A stretch of DNA of 64,000 nucleotides from an uncultured Prevotellaceae bacterium (GCA_946186505.1 CAMHNI010000001.1:37416-101415), one strand, 5' to 3'; counted from the stretch's first letter, positions 15,577 through 25,086 are shown. Notes: generated by a model from the letters alone, not told the origin. Translations and numbers: made by a program.

Positions 15577-18009
15577 TCAATAGATGAAAATCCTGTAGTT
15601 CTTTACACTGCCGGGGGCACCCTGCTCTGCACGAGGTAGATACTCAAGAGCTTTGATGCTCTGCTCTGAGCCAAGGTCGATGACGAGGAGGTGAGGAGCC
15701 AAGGCTCCATTCTCCGTCTGCCAGTAGGTACTCTCTTGCAGGTCGAAGACTTTGTCGCCCAGGTGGTTGCCACCCTCATCCTCAGAGTTGGCGTACTTCG
15801 TTTTCCAAGACTCACGACTGATGCGCTTGCCGTCTTGTCCTTGCAGATAAAGTTCGGCGATAGCCACGCGGTCGCCATCCTTCTGGGTCGAGAGACACTC
15901 AATGGCGAGGTAGCGACCCTTGGCGGTCTTGCCGAAGTTGATGGTCTGCCAGCCGTTGCCAGCCTTGAACGAACCTGTGGCAACGGGCGTTACGCTATTG
16001 AGGTCGGGCTTGTCGCCGATATTGTTGTGTTTGTTCGACTTCTCCAGCTGCAGCTTGTTGAGCTCAGGCTCGGCCTGGCCCCAGACGACACGCTCCTTCG
16101 GACCGACAACATCGAGCACAATAATCTCGTTCTTACCTTTCTTCAGCCAGCAACCGGGCACGTAGAGCGTCTGCTGAGGGCCAATGCTCCAGATGCGGCC
16201 CATAGCGTGGCCGTTTACCCATACCTGTCCCTTGCCCCATGTCTCGAAGTTCAGGAACGTGTCGCCCACCTTCTTCAGGTTGAAGTAGCCGCGGTGATAG
16301 CCGGGTTTCATAAATTCAGCGAGCTTTGCTGATTCTTCGTAATTTCTTGTGACAGCGACACCAGGAACACTGCCTTTCAGTTCTTTGCTATTGAAACCTT
16401 TCACCATATCGAGGGCTTTCTTGGCTGTCTCGTAGTCGTCGGGGATGGCAATGTTTGTCCAGTTCTTCGGCGTCAGCACAATCTCGGCATCGTCTGTTTC
16501 TGTGGTCAGAGTGACATTACCGATGATACCCTTGAAGTCCTTGATGGCACGACCGAAGTTGATACGTCCCATACCTTCTACAAAGATGATTAGGTCGGCC
16601 CCCTTCTTGACGGCCGGTATGCTGAGCGACTTTTCGTTCTTCACGCGGTCGATCTTGCCAATGTATTTGCCATCGATGAACACCTGTGCAAAATCGTGGA
16701 ACTCACCTGTCAGGACGCTGGATGAGGTGATTTCCGGTAGTCGGGTAGAGTAGATCATCGTTCCCCAGCCCATATCCATCTCTTCAAAGGTCTTCAAAGC
16801 GCCAGTTTCTGACTTGCCGCCATTCGGCATAGCTGTCATCAGAGTCGCAAACTCCGTCAGCTCAAACTTAGGCACGGTGATAATAGGCATCGGAGCCTTG
16901 GGTACGGCGGGTAGGCCCCCCTTCCGTCCCCCGAGGGGGAAACCTTTATTGTCATATTTCTCCATCATCTTGCGCAGTTCCCAGAACTTCGGGGTGGCCT
17001 GGCCGTACTCGTTGATGGGGGCATCGTAGTCGTAAGAGGTGACGTCGGGGGCGAAGCCGGGAGAGTTGGCACCAGCCCAGTGGCCAAACGAGGTACCTCC
17101 GTGAGTCATGTAGAGCGAGAAGCTGATGCCCTTCGAGAGCATTTCGTCCATACCCTCGACCATATCCTTGGCGGGACGCGTCTCGTGGCGGGCTCCCCAC
17201 TTGTCGAACCAACCGCTCCAGAACTCAGAGCACATCTTCGGGGCATTTGGACGTAGCTGGCCGAGGCGGCGGAACTGGTCGTCGATGTTGGCACCTGTGC
17301 CGAAGTTCATCGTCCAAGTGAGGTCGTCGAGGCCGTTCTTCTCAAAGTTGCTCGACCAGTCGCACTGGAACAGCGACAGTTCCTTGCCATAGATGCCACG
17401 CAGACAATCCCTGATTTCAGAGACGTATGGCTTATCCTCGCCATACGAACCATACTCGTTCTCCACCTGAATCATAATGATAGGACCACCATTCTGGATG
17501 GTCAGCGGCTTCAGCTGCTCACCCACCTTCTCCTCGAAGATTTTGACACGTTCCATAAAATAAGGATCGCGCTCGCGTAGCTTGATGTCCTTTTTCTTCA
17601 GCAGCCACCAAGGCAGGCCACCCATCTCCCATTCTGCACAGACGTATGGACCGGGACGCACAATGACGTAGAGGCCGTTCTTCTGAGCCAGACGGCAGAA
17701 CTCGGCCACGTCGTTATTACCAGTGAAATCAAAGACACCCTCCTGTTGCTCGTGGATGTTCCAGAAGATGTAGATACACACGGCATTCATACCCAGTGCC
17801 TTACACATCTGGATGCGGTGCTCCCAGTAGGGACGAGGAATGCGGGGGTAATGAACCTCGGCAGCCTTCACGATGAAGGGCTGTCCATTGAGCAGGAAAG
17901 TCTTGTCGCCCGTAGTAAACGTGCTGGGCTTCGATGATGCAGCCATCATCAAGGTTGGCGTAAGGGCAAGAAGAGCTGCAATAGTCAGTTGCTTGAAAGT
18001 GCTGTTCAT
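15577..18009 (-). CDS. Glycoside hydrolase family 35 beta-galactosidase with a C-terminal F5/8 type C (discoidin-like) domain
   Basis: The GH35 N-terminus reads FLLNGQPFIVKAAEVHYPRIPRPYWEHRIQMCKALGMNAV...QVENEYGSYG. A signal peptide starts at MNSTFKQL. The ATG at 18009 is used because the -7 box lies at 18070-18077. Confidence 0.9.
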   Translation of the reverse strand: MNSTFKQLTIAALLALTPTLMMAASSKPSTFTTGDKTFLLNGQPFIVKAAEVHYPRIPRPYWEHRIQMCKALGMNAVCIYIFWNIHEQQEGVFDFTGNNDVAEFCRLAQKNGLYVIVRPGPYVCAEWEMGGLPWWLLKKKDIKLRERDPYFMERVKIFEEKVGEQLKPLTIQNGGPIIMIQVENEYGSYGEDKPYVSEIRDCLRGIYGKELSLFQCDWSSNFEKNGLDDLTWTMNFGTGANIDDQFRRLGQLRPNAPKMCSEFWSGWFDKWGARHETRPAKDMVEGMDEMLSKGISFSLYMTHGGTSFGHWAGANSPGFAPDVTSYDYDAPINEYGQATPKFWELRKMMEKYDNKGFPLGGRKGGLPAVPKAPMPIITVPKFELTEFATLMTAMPNGGKSETGALKTFEEMDMGWGTMIYSTRLPEITSSSVLTGEFHDFAQVFIDGKYIGKIDRVKNEKSLSIPAVKKGADLIIFVEGMGRINFGRAIKDFKGIIGNVTLTTETDDAEIVLTPKNWTNIAIPDDYETAKKALDMVKGFNSKELKGSVPGVAVTRNYEESAKLAEFMKPGYHRGYFNLKKVGDTFLNFETWGKGQVWVNGHAMGRIWSIGPQQTLYVPGCWLKKGKNEIIVLDVVGPKERVVWGQAEPELNKLQLEKSNKHNNIGDKPDLNSVTPVATGSFKAGNGWQTINFGKTAKGRYLAIECLSTQKDGDRVAIAELYLQGQDGKRISRESWKTKYANSEDEGGNHLGDKVFDLQESTYWQTENGALAPHLLVIDLGSEQSIKALEYLPRAEQGAPGSVKNYRIFIY
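16914..16943 (-). repeat. GC-rich hairpin plus G-tract mini-element, copy D, in sense orientation and in frame in the GH35 gene
   Basis: The minus strand reads ggtttccccctcgggggacggaaggggggcc. TCCCC and GGGGA form a stem with a 4-nt loop, followed by a G-rich tail. It encodes FPLGGRKGGL. Confidence 0.55.
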
Positions 18010-18069
18010 ATTGTCGTAGATTTTTATAAAATAGTCTGTGATTGCCTTATTGTTAGTACTTTTGTAGTG

Positions 18070-18077
18070 CAAAGATA
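18070..18077 (-). promoter_or_regulatory. Bacteroidetes -7 promoter box (TATCTTTG) for the GH35 gene
   Basis: TAnnTTTG on the minus strand, about 60 nt upstream of the ATG at 18009. Confidence 0.55.
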
Positions 18078-18151
18078 GTCATTTTTGCATAATTCTACAA
18101 TGTTATAACATTTTTTAAGTTTCCAAATGGTGATTCTTCAAAAAAAAAACT

Positions 18152-18159
18152 TAACTTTG
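18152..18159 (+). promoter_or_regulatory. Bacteroidetes -7 promoter box (TAACTTTG) driving a gene-less transcript
   Basis: TAnnTTTG on the plus strand, preceded by an A10 tract (18140-18149). It is divergent from the GH35 promoter. Confidence 0.5.
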
Positions 18160-18164
18160 CAACC

Positions 18165-18319
18165 GAATTTATGTTGAAAGATTATCTATAGTTTTTTTTG
18201 CCTTGGATGTTTCCAAGGATTAGTGTTAAATGTAAATCCTCCCAATTCCCGTGAGGGAAGTAAGAGAGCCCGAAAAATTGACCATAAACCTTCGGCCGTG
18301 AGGTCCAAGGTTTTTTTTT
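18165..18319 (+). ncRNA. Candidate small RNA of about 150 nt, family unknown
   Basis: A -7 box lies at 18152-18159 and an intrinsic terminator at 18287-18319. Internal hairpins are CCTTGGA tgtt TCCAAGG (18201-18218) and TTCCC GTGA GGGAA (18246-18259). The only ORF is 6 codons long. No plus-strand gene lies downstream. Confidence 0.4.
18287..18319 (+). terminator. Intrinsic terminator of the candidate sRNA
   Basis: The stem is AACCTTcGGCC gtga GGTCcAAGGTT with one C-C mismatch, followed by T9. Confidence 0.7.
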
Positions 18320-18363
18320 GGTTTAATCCCAAAGGGTGGCTTGCTGTGAAGCACCCCTACTCT

Positions 18364-18409
18364 TCAAAAAGTGAGGCCAGACTCATCCTCAAAGGGAAAA
18401 GTCTGGCCT
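18364..18409 (-). terminator. Intrinsic terminator of secDF
   Basis: The stem is AGGCCAGAC / GTCTGGCCT (18374-18409) with an 18-nt loop. On the minus strand it is followed by cacTTTTTg. It lies 26 nt after the secDF stop. Confidence 0.65.
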
Positions 18410-18434
18410 TACCTTATTATATATAACGGTCTGT

Positions 18435-21400
18435 TTACTTCACTTCAGCAGGCTCTTCTTCGCGGATGGTCTTACCCATGGTGAGGTAAGCCACAGGAGC
18501 AGCGATGAAAAGTGACGACAGTGTACCGAAGACAACACCAAGAATCATGGCGAACGAGAAGCTGCGGATAGAGTCACCACCGAGGATGAAGATACACAGC
18601 AACACTATCAGGGTCGTCACAGAGGTGTTGATAGTACGTGCCAGCGTCTGGTTCAGCGAGTCGTTGAACAGCGTCTGGCGGTCACGCTTGCCGAAGAGCT
18701 GGATGTTCTCACGGACGCGGTCGAAGACCACCACCTTATCGTTAATGGAGTAACCGATCACAGTCAGGATAGCACCGATGAACGTCTGGTCGATTTCAAG
18801 CGACATGGGCACCCAGCCCCACAGCACACTGTAGAAGCCGATAACCACGAGGGCGTCGAAGAACAGGGCGACGGTAGAACCTACCGAGAAGGCCACATTG
18901 CGGAAGCGGATAAGGATATAGAGGAAAATAGCTATCAGAGCGATGATAACCGAGACGATAGCACCGTATGTGATGTCCTTTGCCACTGATGGGCCCACCT
19001 TAGCAGACGAGATAATGGAACCGCCTTCGCGGACGTCTGGGTTCTTGAAAGCGCTCACTTCTGCCTGATTAATCAGCCCGGCTTTCTTCAGTGCGTTGTA
19101 GAGAATAGTCTCTGCCTTGTCGTCAACTTCAGGATTGTTTGACTCAATGTCCCAGTTAGTAGAGATACGCACGGTCTTGCCGTCGGTACCTAAGGCAATG
19201 ACGCTGGTGTTGGCCTCCTGGTTGGCCTTCTCACCGATAGTGTTGACGAACGCACCGGCAAGTGCCTGACGAACAGACTCGACGGGAGTCTCCTTGTCGA
19301 GCACGACAACGTAATTACGACCACCGGTGAAATCAATACTCTGGCTCAAGCCGCGGACTGCGAACGAAACACAGAAGATAATGGCAGCGACACCCCAGAT
19401 GATGAACGACTTCTTGTAAGCACCCATGAAGTTAATCTTCGGATTCTTCATCAGGTTCTTGGAATAGGCGGTCTCGAAGGTGAGGTTGGTCCACTTGTCC
19501 TTCTTCAGCATGTGCTCATAAACCAGACGGGTCAGGAACACGGCGGTGAAGAATGAGCAGAAGATACCGATGATCCACGTGGTGGCGAAGCCCTTAACAG
19601 GACCAGTACCGAAGAACAACAGGATGAAGCCGGTAATCAATGAGGTAACGTTCGAGTCGAAGATGGCCGAGAAGGCGTTCGAGTAGCCCTTGTTCAGAGC
19701 TTCCTTCATCTTCAAGCCTTTGCGCAGCTCTTCCTTGGTACGCTCATAGATAAGCACGTTGGCATCAACGGCCGTACCGAGGGTCAACACGATACCGGCG
19801 ATACCAGGCATGGTCAGAGCAGCCTGGAACGAGGTGAGGATACCTAATGTAAAGAACAGGTTGAAGAGCAGGGCGCAGTCAGCCATCAGACCGGGGATGG
19901 GGCCATACAACATAATCATATAGATCATCAACAGCACGAAGGCCACGATGAACGAGATGATACCCTGTTGGATAGACTGTGCACCGAGCGACGGACCGAC
20001 AACCTCTTCCTGCACGATACGGGTCGGAGCTGGCATCTTACCAGAGTTCAATGTGTTGGCCAGGTCCTTGGTGTCCTCGATGGTAAAGTTACCGGTAATC
20101 TGTGAATTACCACCGTCAATCTGAGTGAGGATTCGAGGAGCGGAATAGACAGCATCGTCGAGCACGATGGCCACTGCCTTACCGATGTTCTGCTTGGTAA
20201 TCTGACTCCAGCGGCGGGCACCGTCAGAGTTCATCTGCATAGACACAGAGGGGTGCCCCATTTGGTCGAAGTCGTCCTTTGAGTTAGTGATGACATCACC
20301 CTCTAACGGGGCGCGACCATTTGGCTCGGTAATCTTCAGGGCATAGAGCTCGAAGATGTCACCGTTGCTCTGTCCACCAAAAGTTTCGGGCTTGGCACCC
20401 CAACGCAACTTCAACTCAGCAGGGAAGATGGTACCAGCCAGATCAGAATAAATGATCTTGTTGATTTCAGCAGTATCACGGGCATTGGCATAGCCTACCA
20501 CAGCCAGCGTGTTACCCTGTGTGGGCTGGAAGACGGAGAACAGCGGGTTCTGCTTTTTGGCAGCAGCAACAGCCTTGTCATCCTTGGCATTAGCGTCCTT
20601 CTTTGCCAGTTTAGCGGCGAGATCGCTGGAAGCAGTCTTGGCAGTGTCGGCTACAGCCTCAGCCACAGCGGCAGTATCGGCTGCGACGGTATCAGCCTCA
20701 GCAGGAGCGTCACCACCCAGGATAGCATATTTCTGGTTTAACTGAGCCAAGAGGGGAACAATCTCCTGTGAGTTATAGGTCTCCCAGAACTCAAGATTGG
20801 CTGAACCCTGGAGAAGTTTACGGACACGCTCCGGCTCCTTGATACCAGGCATTTCAACCATGATACGTCCACTCTGACCCTCCAGCTTCTGGATGTTGGG
20901 CTGTACGACACCGAACTTGTCAATACGGTTGCGAACAACGTTGAAGGAGTTGTCAACGGCAGACTGGATTTCAGCACGCAAAGCGCTCTCCACTTCTGAA
21001 TCAGTTGACTGGGTGCTCACCTTGCCCTTCATCTGCTGGGTAGCGAAGATGGCTGCGAGTGGGCGACCATTTGAATTCTGTTTCCAATACTTGATGAAGA
21101 GTGAGAGGAAGTCATCCTGACTAGTCTCTTCTTCCTTCTTAGCCTGCTCCATAGACTTCTTGTAGGCAGCATCCTGCTTGTGGTCGGCCAGCACGTCAAC
21201 GACGTCAGGCACAGAGACCTCAAGGATAACGTTCATACCGCCTTTCAGGTCAAGACCCAGGCCGATTTCCATCTCACGGCACTGCTTCAACGAGTAAATG
21301 CCCATATAGACTTTCTCGTTCTTGATGCTGTCAAGATACTCCTGACCAGCCTCCTCACCCATAGCGGCAGCCTTACTTTCGTAGTGGCGTGTCACAAACG

Positions 21401-21473
21401 AGAAGGAGAGGTAGAAGCAGCATACGAGCACCAGAAGCACTGCAATAAACTTTACAATTCCTTTGTTTTGCAT
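18435..21473 (-). CDS. secDF: Protein translocase subunit SecDF (fused SecD-SecF)
   Basis: 1012 aa. It has an N-terminal TM helix, a large periplasmic domain, and two six-TM blocks with typical SecD/SecF sequences (LGLDLKGGMNV..., GPSLGAQSIQ..., IDFTGG..., VVFDRVREN). Confidence 0.95.
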   Translation of the reverse strand: MQNKGIVKFIAVLLVLVCCFYLSFSFVTRHYESKAAAMGEEAGQEYLDSIKNEKVYMGIYSLKQCREMEIGLGLDLKGGMNVILEVSVPDVVDVLADHKQDAAYKKSMEQAKKEEETSQDDFLSLFIKYWKQNSNGRPLAAIFATQQMKGKVSTQSTDSEVESALRAEIQSAVDNSFNVVRNRIDKFGVVQPNIQKLEGQSGRIMVEMPGIKEPERVRKLLQGSANLEFWETYNSQEIVPLLAQLNQKYAILGGDAPAEADTVAADTAAVAEAVADTAKTASSDLAAKLAKKDANAKDDKAVAAAKKQNPLFSVFQPTQGNTLAVVGYANARDTAEINKIIYSDLAGTIFPAELKLRWGAKPETFGGQSNGDIFELYALKITEPNGRAPLEGDVITNSKDDFDQMGHPSVSMQMNSDGARRWSQITKQNIGKAVAIVLDDAVYSAPRILTQIDGGNSQITGNFTIEDTKDLANTLNSGKMPAPTRIVQEEVVGPSLGAQSIQQGIISFIVAFVLLMIYMIMLYGPIPGLMADCALLFNLFFTLGILTSFQAALTMPGIAGIVLTLGTAVDANVLIYERTKEELRKGLKMKEALNKGYSNAFSAIFDSNVTSLITGFILLFFGTGPVKGFATTWIIGIFCSFFTAVFLTRLVYEHMLKKDKWTNLTFETAYSKNLMKNPKINFMGAYKKSFIIWGVAAIIFCVSFAVRGLSQSIDFTGGRNYVVVLDKETPVESVRQALAGAFVNTIGEKANQEANTSVIALGTDGKTVRISTNWDIESNNPEVDDKAETILYNALKKAGLINQAEVSAFKNPDVREGGSIISSAKVGPSVAKDITYGAIVSVIIALIAIFLYILIRFRNVAFSVGSTVALFFDALVVIGFYSVLWGWVPMSLEIDQTFIGAILTVIGYSINDKVVVFDRVRENIQLFGKRDRQTLFNDSLNQTLARTINTSVTTLIVLLCIFILGGDSIRSFSFAMILGVVFGTLSSLFIAAPVAYLTMGKTIREEEPAEVK

Positions 21474-21520
21474 TTTTGTTATTTATAATAATTATTTATT
21501 TATATGCGCATTTGAGCCTG

Positions 21521-21528
21521 CAAATATA
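21521..21528 (-). promoter_or_regulatory. Bacteroidetes -7 promoter box (TATATTTG) for secDF
   Basis: TAnnTTTG on the minus strand, about 48 nt upstream of the ATG at 21473. Confidence 0.5.
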
Positions 21529-21577
21529 CACATTTTTTTATGGTTGGGAAAATTTATCGGCAATTTTCATACATTTT

Positions 21578-22672
21578 TTAATGTTTCTCCCTCATTTTTA
21601 GCCAGCAAATCATTGGATAGTGGTCAGAAAAGTCAATTTCTGCATCAACTTGACAATTATAAGGAACAAAGTCTGAGGAGCAGAAAATGTGGTCGATTCT
21701 GACCCAGAATCCTTTCTGATTATATGACAAACCGATACCTTTGCCTGATGCTCTGAAGCAATCGGTCAGTCCCTGGCCCACGATATAATGGGAGTACGAA
21801 ATGGGGGTGTCGTTGAAATCGCCACAGACGATGACAGGGTACTGCCTATGTGCTTCGATATAACGGTGTACGGCCTCAGCCTCGGGGGCACGTTTGGCGG
21901 CAGTATTGCCCAGCTTGTCGATGAGCAGCATGGACTCCGTCCGCATTGTGTCGCCCTTCATCTCACCCTTCAAGATGTCGTGGTAGCGCGAACGGTCCTC
22001 TTTCGTCAGATGCGTACACTCGAAGTGGTTGTTAATGACAAGCAGTGTGTCTTGGTCCTTCAGCAGGTAGTAAGCCACCGACCCATTGGCCCGGGATGGA
22101 TAGGGAATGCGCTCCTTGCGCAGGATGGGGAAACGGGTGTGTATGCCCACGCCGTTGAAGTTGGCATCACTCTTCTTTAAGACTGTGGTATCGTTGTAGG
22201 GATATATCTCACCGTACTTCTTCATCATATACCTGCGCCACGTATCGACATCCTCCTGCACACAGACGATGTCGGCTTGCTGTTGCTGAATGTAGGCAAG
22301 TATCTGGTCAAAGGCATCGTTGTACTTGGAATTGCCACTATAAGTACAGACGTTGTACGACATCAGTTTGATGCTGCCCTCCGGCACATCCTGCCTGGGG
22401 TTCAGCGGCATGTATGTACTAATAGGTATGTACGCGAGACAAAAACCGGCCACTGGAATCCACGCCTTACGCCATTTGATGACGAGCCAGAAGAACAGGA
22501 ACATGAGGTTGGCGAGCAGGAAGAAGGGGAAGGCCATGCCTATACACGACAGCCGCGGATAGTCCACAGGACTAAGCCTGTCGGAAAAACCGGCAAACAG
22601 CATGATGGTGACAGCGACCACATTGGCCCCGACTATCAGGTTGACGGTGAATTGCTTCAACTGTTTAATCAT
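21578..22672 (-). CDS. Endonuclease/exonuclease/phosphatase (EEP) family membrane protein
   Basis: 364 aa with N-terminal TM helices. The EEP-like catalytic region reads ...KLMSYNV..., ...IVCVQE..., ...GDFNDTP..., ...IDHIF...SDHYP. It overlaps the upstream rhomboid gene by 4 nt. Confidence 0.8.
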   Translation of the reverse strand: MIKQLKQFTVNLIVGANVVAVTIMLFAGFSDRLSPVDYPRLSCIGMAFPFFLLANLMFLFFWLVIKWRKAWIPVAGFCLAYIPISTYMPLNPRQDVPEGSIKLMSYNVCTYSGNSKYNDAFDQILAYIQQQQADIVCVQEDVDTWRRYMMKKYGEIYPYNDTTVLKKSDANFNGVGIHTRFPILRKERIPYPSRANGSVAYYLLKDQDTLLVINNHFECTHLTKEDRSRYHDILKGEMKGDTMRTESMLLIDKLGNTAAKRAPEAEAVHRYIEAHRQYPVIVCGDFNDTPISYSHYIVGQGLTDCFRASGKGIGLSYNQKGFWVRIDHIFCSSDFVPYNCQVDAEIDFSDHYPMICWLKMREKH

Positions 22673-23586
22673 GAGTTGCGGCTGGCATCGAAGAGCCTCT
22701 GTTTTTCTTCCTTGGTCAGACTGTCATAGCCGCTCTTGCGGATTTTGTCCAAAATGGCGTCAATCTCATCCTGGTTCTGCTTCTTGCGGGCATTATAAGC
22801 CATGTCATCCTCCTTTGAACCGCCACATTCAGCATGCATACGGGTGTTCCCACTCTTATGTTTGTCGAAACTGCGTTTCAGGTTATCAAAGAATTCTTGT
22901 CCGCTGGAGCGGTTGAAGCCAGAGTCGGGATGACGGTTCCAGTAGCGAATCATGAGGAATCCGAACAGCATACCGCCCAGATGAGCCATGTGAGCCACAC
23001 CGTCGCCCGAAGAATTGACGGCCGAAAACAGTTCGATGGCTACATAACCCATGACAAACCACTTTGCCTTAATGGGGACAGGCAGCGGGAAGATAAAGAT
23101 GCGCTCGTTGGGAAATATCATGCCGAAGGCCAACAAAATGCCATAGACTGCTCCTGAGGCACCGATTGTCGTCCAAAGATTGATGTAAGCATCTGTTGCC
23201 ATCTGCATGCCCCCGACAGAGACGTACTGGTATGCGGCAAGCCCCTCGATCGTATAGTTGGCGTATTGTACCAATTCCTGCATGACACCGGCTCCGACAC
23301 CGCAAGAAATGTAATAAAAAAGGAATTTCTTTGCCCCCCATACATTCTCGACGACGCAACCAAACATCCACAAGGCGAACATGTTGAAAAAAATGTGTGT
23401 CAGGTTGGCATGTAGGAACATGTAGGTAACAAACTGATACAAATGGAAGTCGCTGGCCATGTAGAAATGCAGTCCAAAGACCGATGCCAAATCGATTTCA
23501 CGCAGCTGGAGAACCCAGGTTGCCACAAATGCCAAGAAGTTGACTATGAGCAAATTCTTGGTAACGACAGGTATGTTGCGAAACAC
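22669..23586 (-). CDS. Rhomboid family intramembrane serine protease
   Basis: 305 aa, multi-TM. It carries the catalytic GASGAVYGIL motif and a conserved H in ...AHLGGMLFG. The start codon is GTG. Confidence 0.85.
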   Translation of the reverse strand: MFRNIPVVTKNLLIVNFLAFVATWVLQLREIDLASVFGLHFYMASDFHLYQFVTYMFLHANLTHIFFNMFALWMFGCVVENVWGAKKFLFYYISCGVGAGVMQELVQYANYTIEGLAAYQYVSVGGMQMATDAYINLWTTIGASGAVYGILLAFGMIFPNERIFIFPLPVPIKAKWFVMGYVAIELFSAVNSSGDGVAHMAHLGGMLFGFLMIRYWNRHPDSGFNRSSGQEFFDNLKRSFDKHKSGNTRMHAECGGSKEDDMAYNARKKQNQDEIDAILDKIRKSGYDSLTKEEKQRLFDASRNS

Positions 23587-23777
23587 GGTTTTAATTTACT
23601 GTTTTCTGATTTTACTGTTATTACTTGTATTTTACGACGCATTGCTTTCGTCGCTTTTCGGGCGCAAAATTACGAAAAATATCTGTTTTACTGCGCAAAA
23701 AGGGCCGCGAACCTATTATTTTTCACTAAAAAAGTAATTTTTTCCAATTTTTTGTTGTTTTTCTGAATACTTTACCC

Positions 23778-23785
23778 TATATTTG
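23778..23785 (+). promoter_or_regulatory. Bacteroidetes -7 promoter box (TATATTTG) for the HU gene
   Basis: TAnnTTTG about 64 nt upstream of the ATG at 23849. Confidence 0.5.
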
Positions 23786-23848
23786 CCGAAGAATTCGTGA
23801 AAGAAAGCATTTTTTTATCATTTATAAATCATTAAAATTAATAGAATT

Positions 23849-24121
23849 ATGAACAAAACAGAATTGGTAGAGAAGATTGCAGCTGGTGCTGGTCTCTCAA
23901 AGGCAGACTCAAAGAAGGCTCTTGACGCTGCTGTTGCAGCCATCAAGGATGCCCTCGTAGCTGGTGAAAAGATTGCTCTCGTTGGCTTTGGTACATTCAG
24001 CGTGAACGAGCGTCCCGCCCGTGAGGGTATCAACCCCGCTACCAAGGAGAAGATTACCATCGCTGCCAAGAAGATTGCCAAGTTCAAGGCTGGCGCTGAA
24101 CTAGCTGACGCTCTGAATTAA
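23849..24121 (+). CDS. HU family DNA-binding protein
   Basis: 90 aa: MNKTELVEKIA...VGFGTFSVNERPAREGINPATKEKITIAAKK..., the classic HU/IHF fold signature. Confidence 0.9.
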   Translation: MNKTELVEKIAAGAGLSKADSKKALDAAVAAIKDALVAGEKIALVGFGTFSVNERPAREGINPATKEKITIAAKKIAKFKAGAELADALN

Positions 24122-24140
24122 TTTTGTAATAAAAAATCAA

Positions 24141-24176
24141 AAGAGACGGTTCCGTGCGGTTCCGTCTCTTTTTATT
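24141..24176 (+). terminator. Intrinsic terminator of the HU gene
   Basis: The stem is AAGAGACGG / CCGTCTCTT with a 12-nt loop, followed by a T-rich run (tttttattt). Confidence 0.8.
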
Positions 24177-24230
24177 TGATGCCGTCAGACCATCTCAAAA
24201 AAGTCGGGGAAAAATTCTGTCAATTCAAAA

Positions 24231-24246
24231 TAACTTTGTACCTTTG
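24231..24246 (+). promoter_or_regulatory. Two adjacent -7 boxes (TAACTTTG and TACCTTTG) upstream of the Wza-like gene
   Basis: Both match TAnnTTTG and lie 36-51 nt upstream of the ATG at 24282. Confidence 0.5.
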
Positions 24247-24281
24247 CACCCGAATTGTGATAATGTCCCAAAAAAGGTAAC

Positions 24282-25070
24282 ATGAAAAATAGTGTTTTTG
24301 TATTTTTGATGTCAGCCGTGATTCTGACTTCTTGCAAGACCCCACGTGATATTGCATATCTGCAGGATGCGATAGAGAATGTCCCTATCCAGACACAGAC
24401 TGACGGGAACATACGTTTTCAGCCGGGTGACAAACTCAGCATCTTTGTTCATAGCCGTGACCCGCAGTTGATGAACCTTTTCAACCTCACGGGAAACAGT
24501 GGCGGCGGTATGATGTCAGGTAGTAGCACTCGCGGTGCATATACTGTTGACAACAAGGGCGAAATAGATTTCCCCGTGCTGGGTCCCATCAAGATACAAG
24601 GCTTCACACGCAACGAGGTGGCCATTACCATCAAGAACGAGCTGATGAGCAGAAGCCTGTGTAACGACCCCGTCGTCACCGTTGAATTCTACAACATGAA
24701 TTTCTACGTCCTGGGTGAGTCCGGACGTGGCGAGCATTCTATTACCAAGGACAAGATTACGCTGTTGGAGGCTGTCTCCCTGTCCGGCGACCTCAATATC
24801 GACGGTTTGCGCAAAAACATCATGGTACTGCGCCAGGAGGGTGACCACCAGATTCCCTACCGCGTTGACCTTACATCGGCCAACAGTGTCTATAACTCAC
24901 CCGTCTATTATATCCGGCAGAACGATGTCGTGTATGTCGAGCCTAACGACAAAGCCAAGCGTGGCAGTACCGTCATGGGATCCAGTGCCTATACCCCCAG
25001 TTTCTGGCTTGGCATGTTCTCGGCTGGTGTCTCTACATATCTTCTTATCGAGAACTTAATCAAAAAGTAA
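24282..25070 (+). CDS. Polysaccharide export outer-membrane protein (Wza/BexD-like)
   Basis: 262 aa with a lipoprotein signal (LTSC). The Poly_export-like motif reads ...IRFQPGDKLSIFV...YTVDNKGEIDFPVLGPIKIQGFT. A SLBB-like segment follows. Confidence 0.85.
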   Translation: MKNSVFVFLMSAVILTSCKTPRDIAYLQDAIENVPIQTQTDGNIRFQPGDKLSIFVHSRDPQLMNLFNLTGNSGGGMMSGSSTRGAYTVDNKGEIDFPVLGPIKIQGFTRNEVAITIKNELMSRSLCNDPVVTVEFYNMNFYVLGESGRGEHSITKDKITLLEAVSLSGDLNIDGLRKNIMVLRQEGDHQIPYRVDLTSANSVYNSPVYYIRQNDVVYVEPNDKAKRGSTVMGSSAYTPSFWLGMFSAGVSTYLLIENLIKK

Positions 25071-25086
25071 CACACCCCATTCAAAC

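Noticed and set aside
18165-18319. Assigning the candidate sRNA to SRP (4.5S) RNA because of a CCC-GTGA-GGG-AAG apical hairpin.
   Set aside because: The conserved SRP domain IV loops (the 5' AGG / 3' GGAAGCAGC context) are not present. The 5' and 3' ends do not form the long closing helix. The family is left unassigned.
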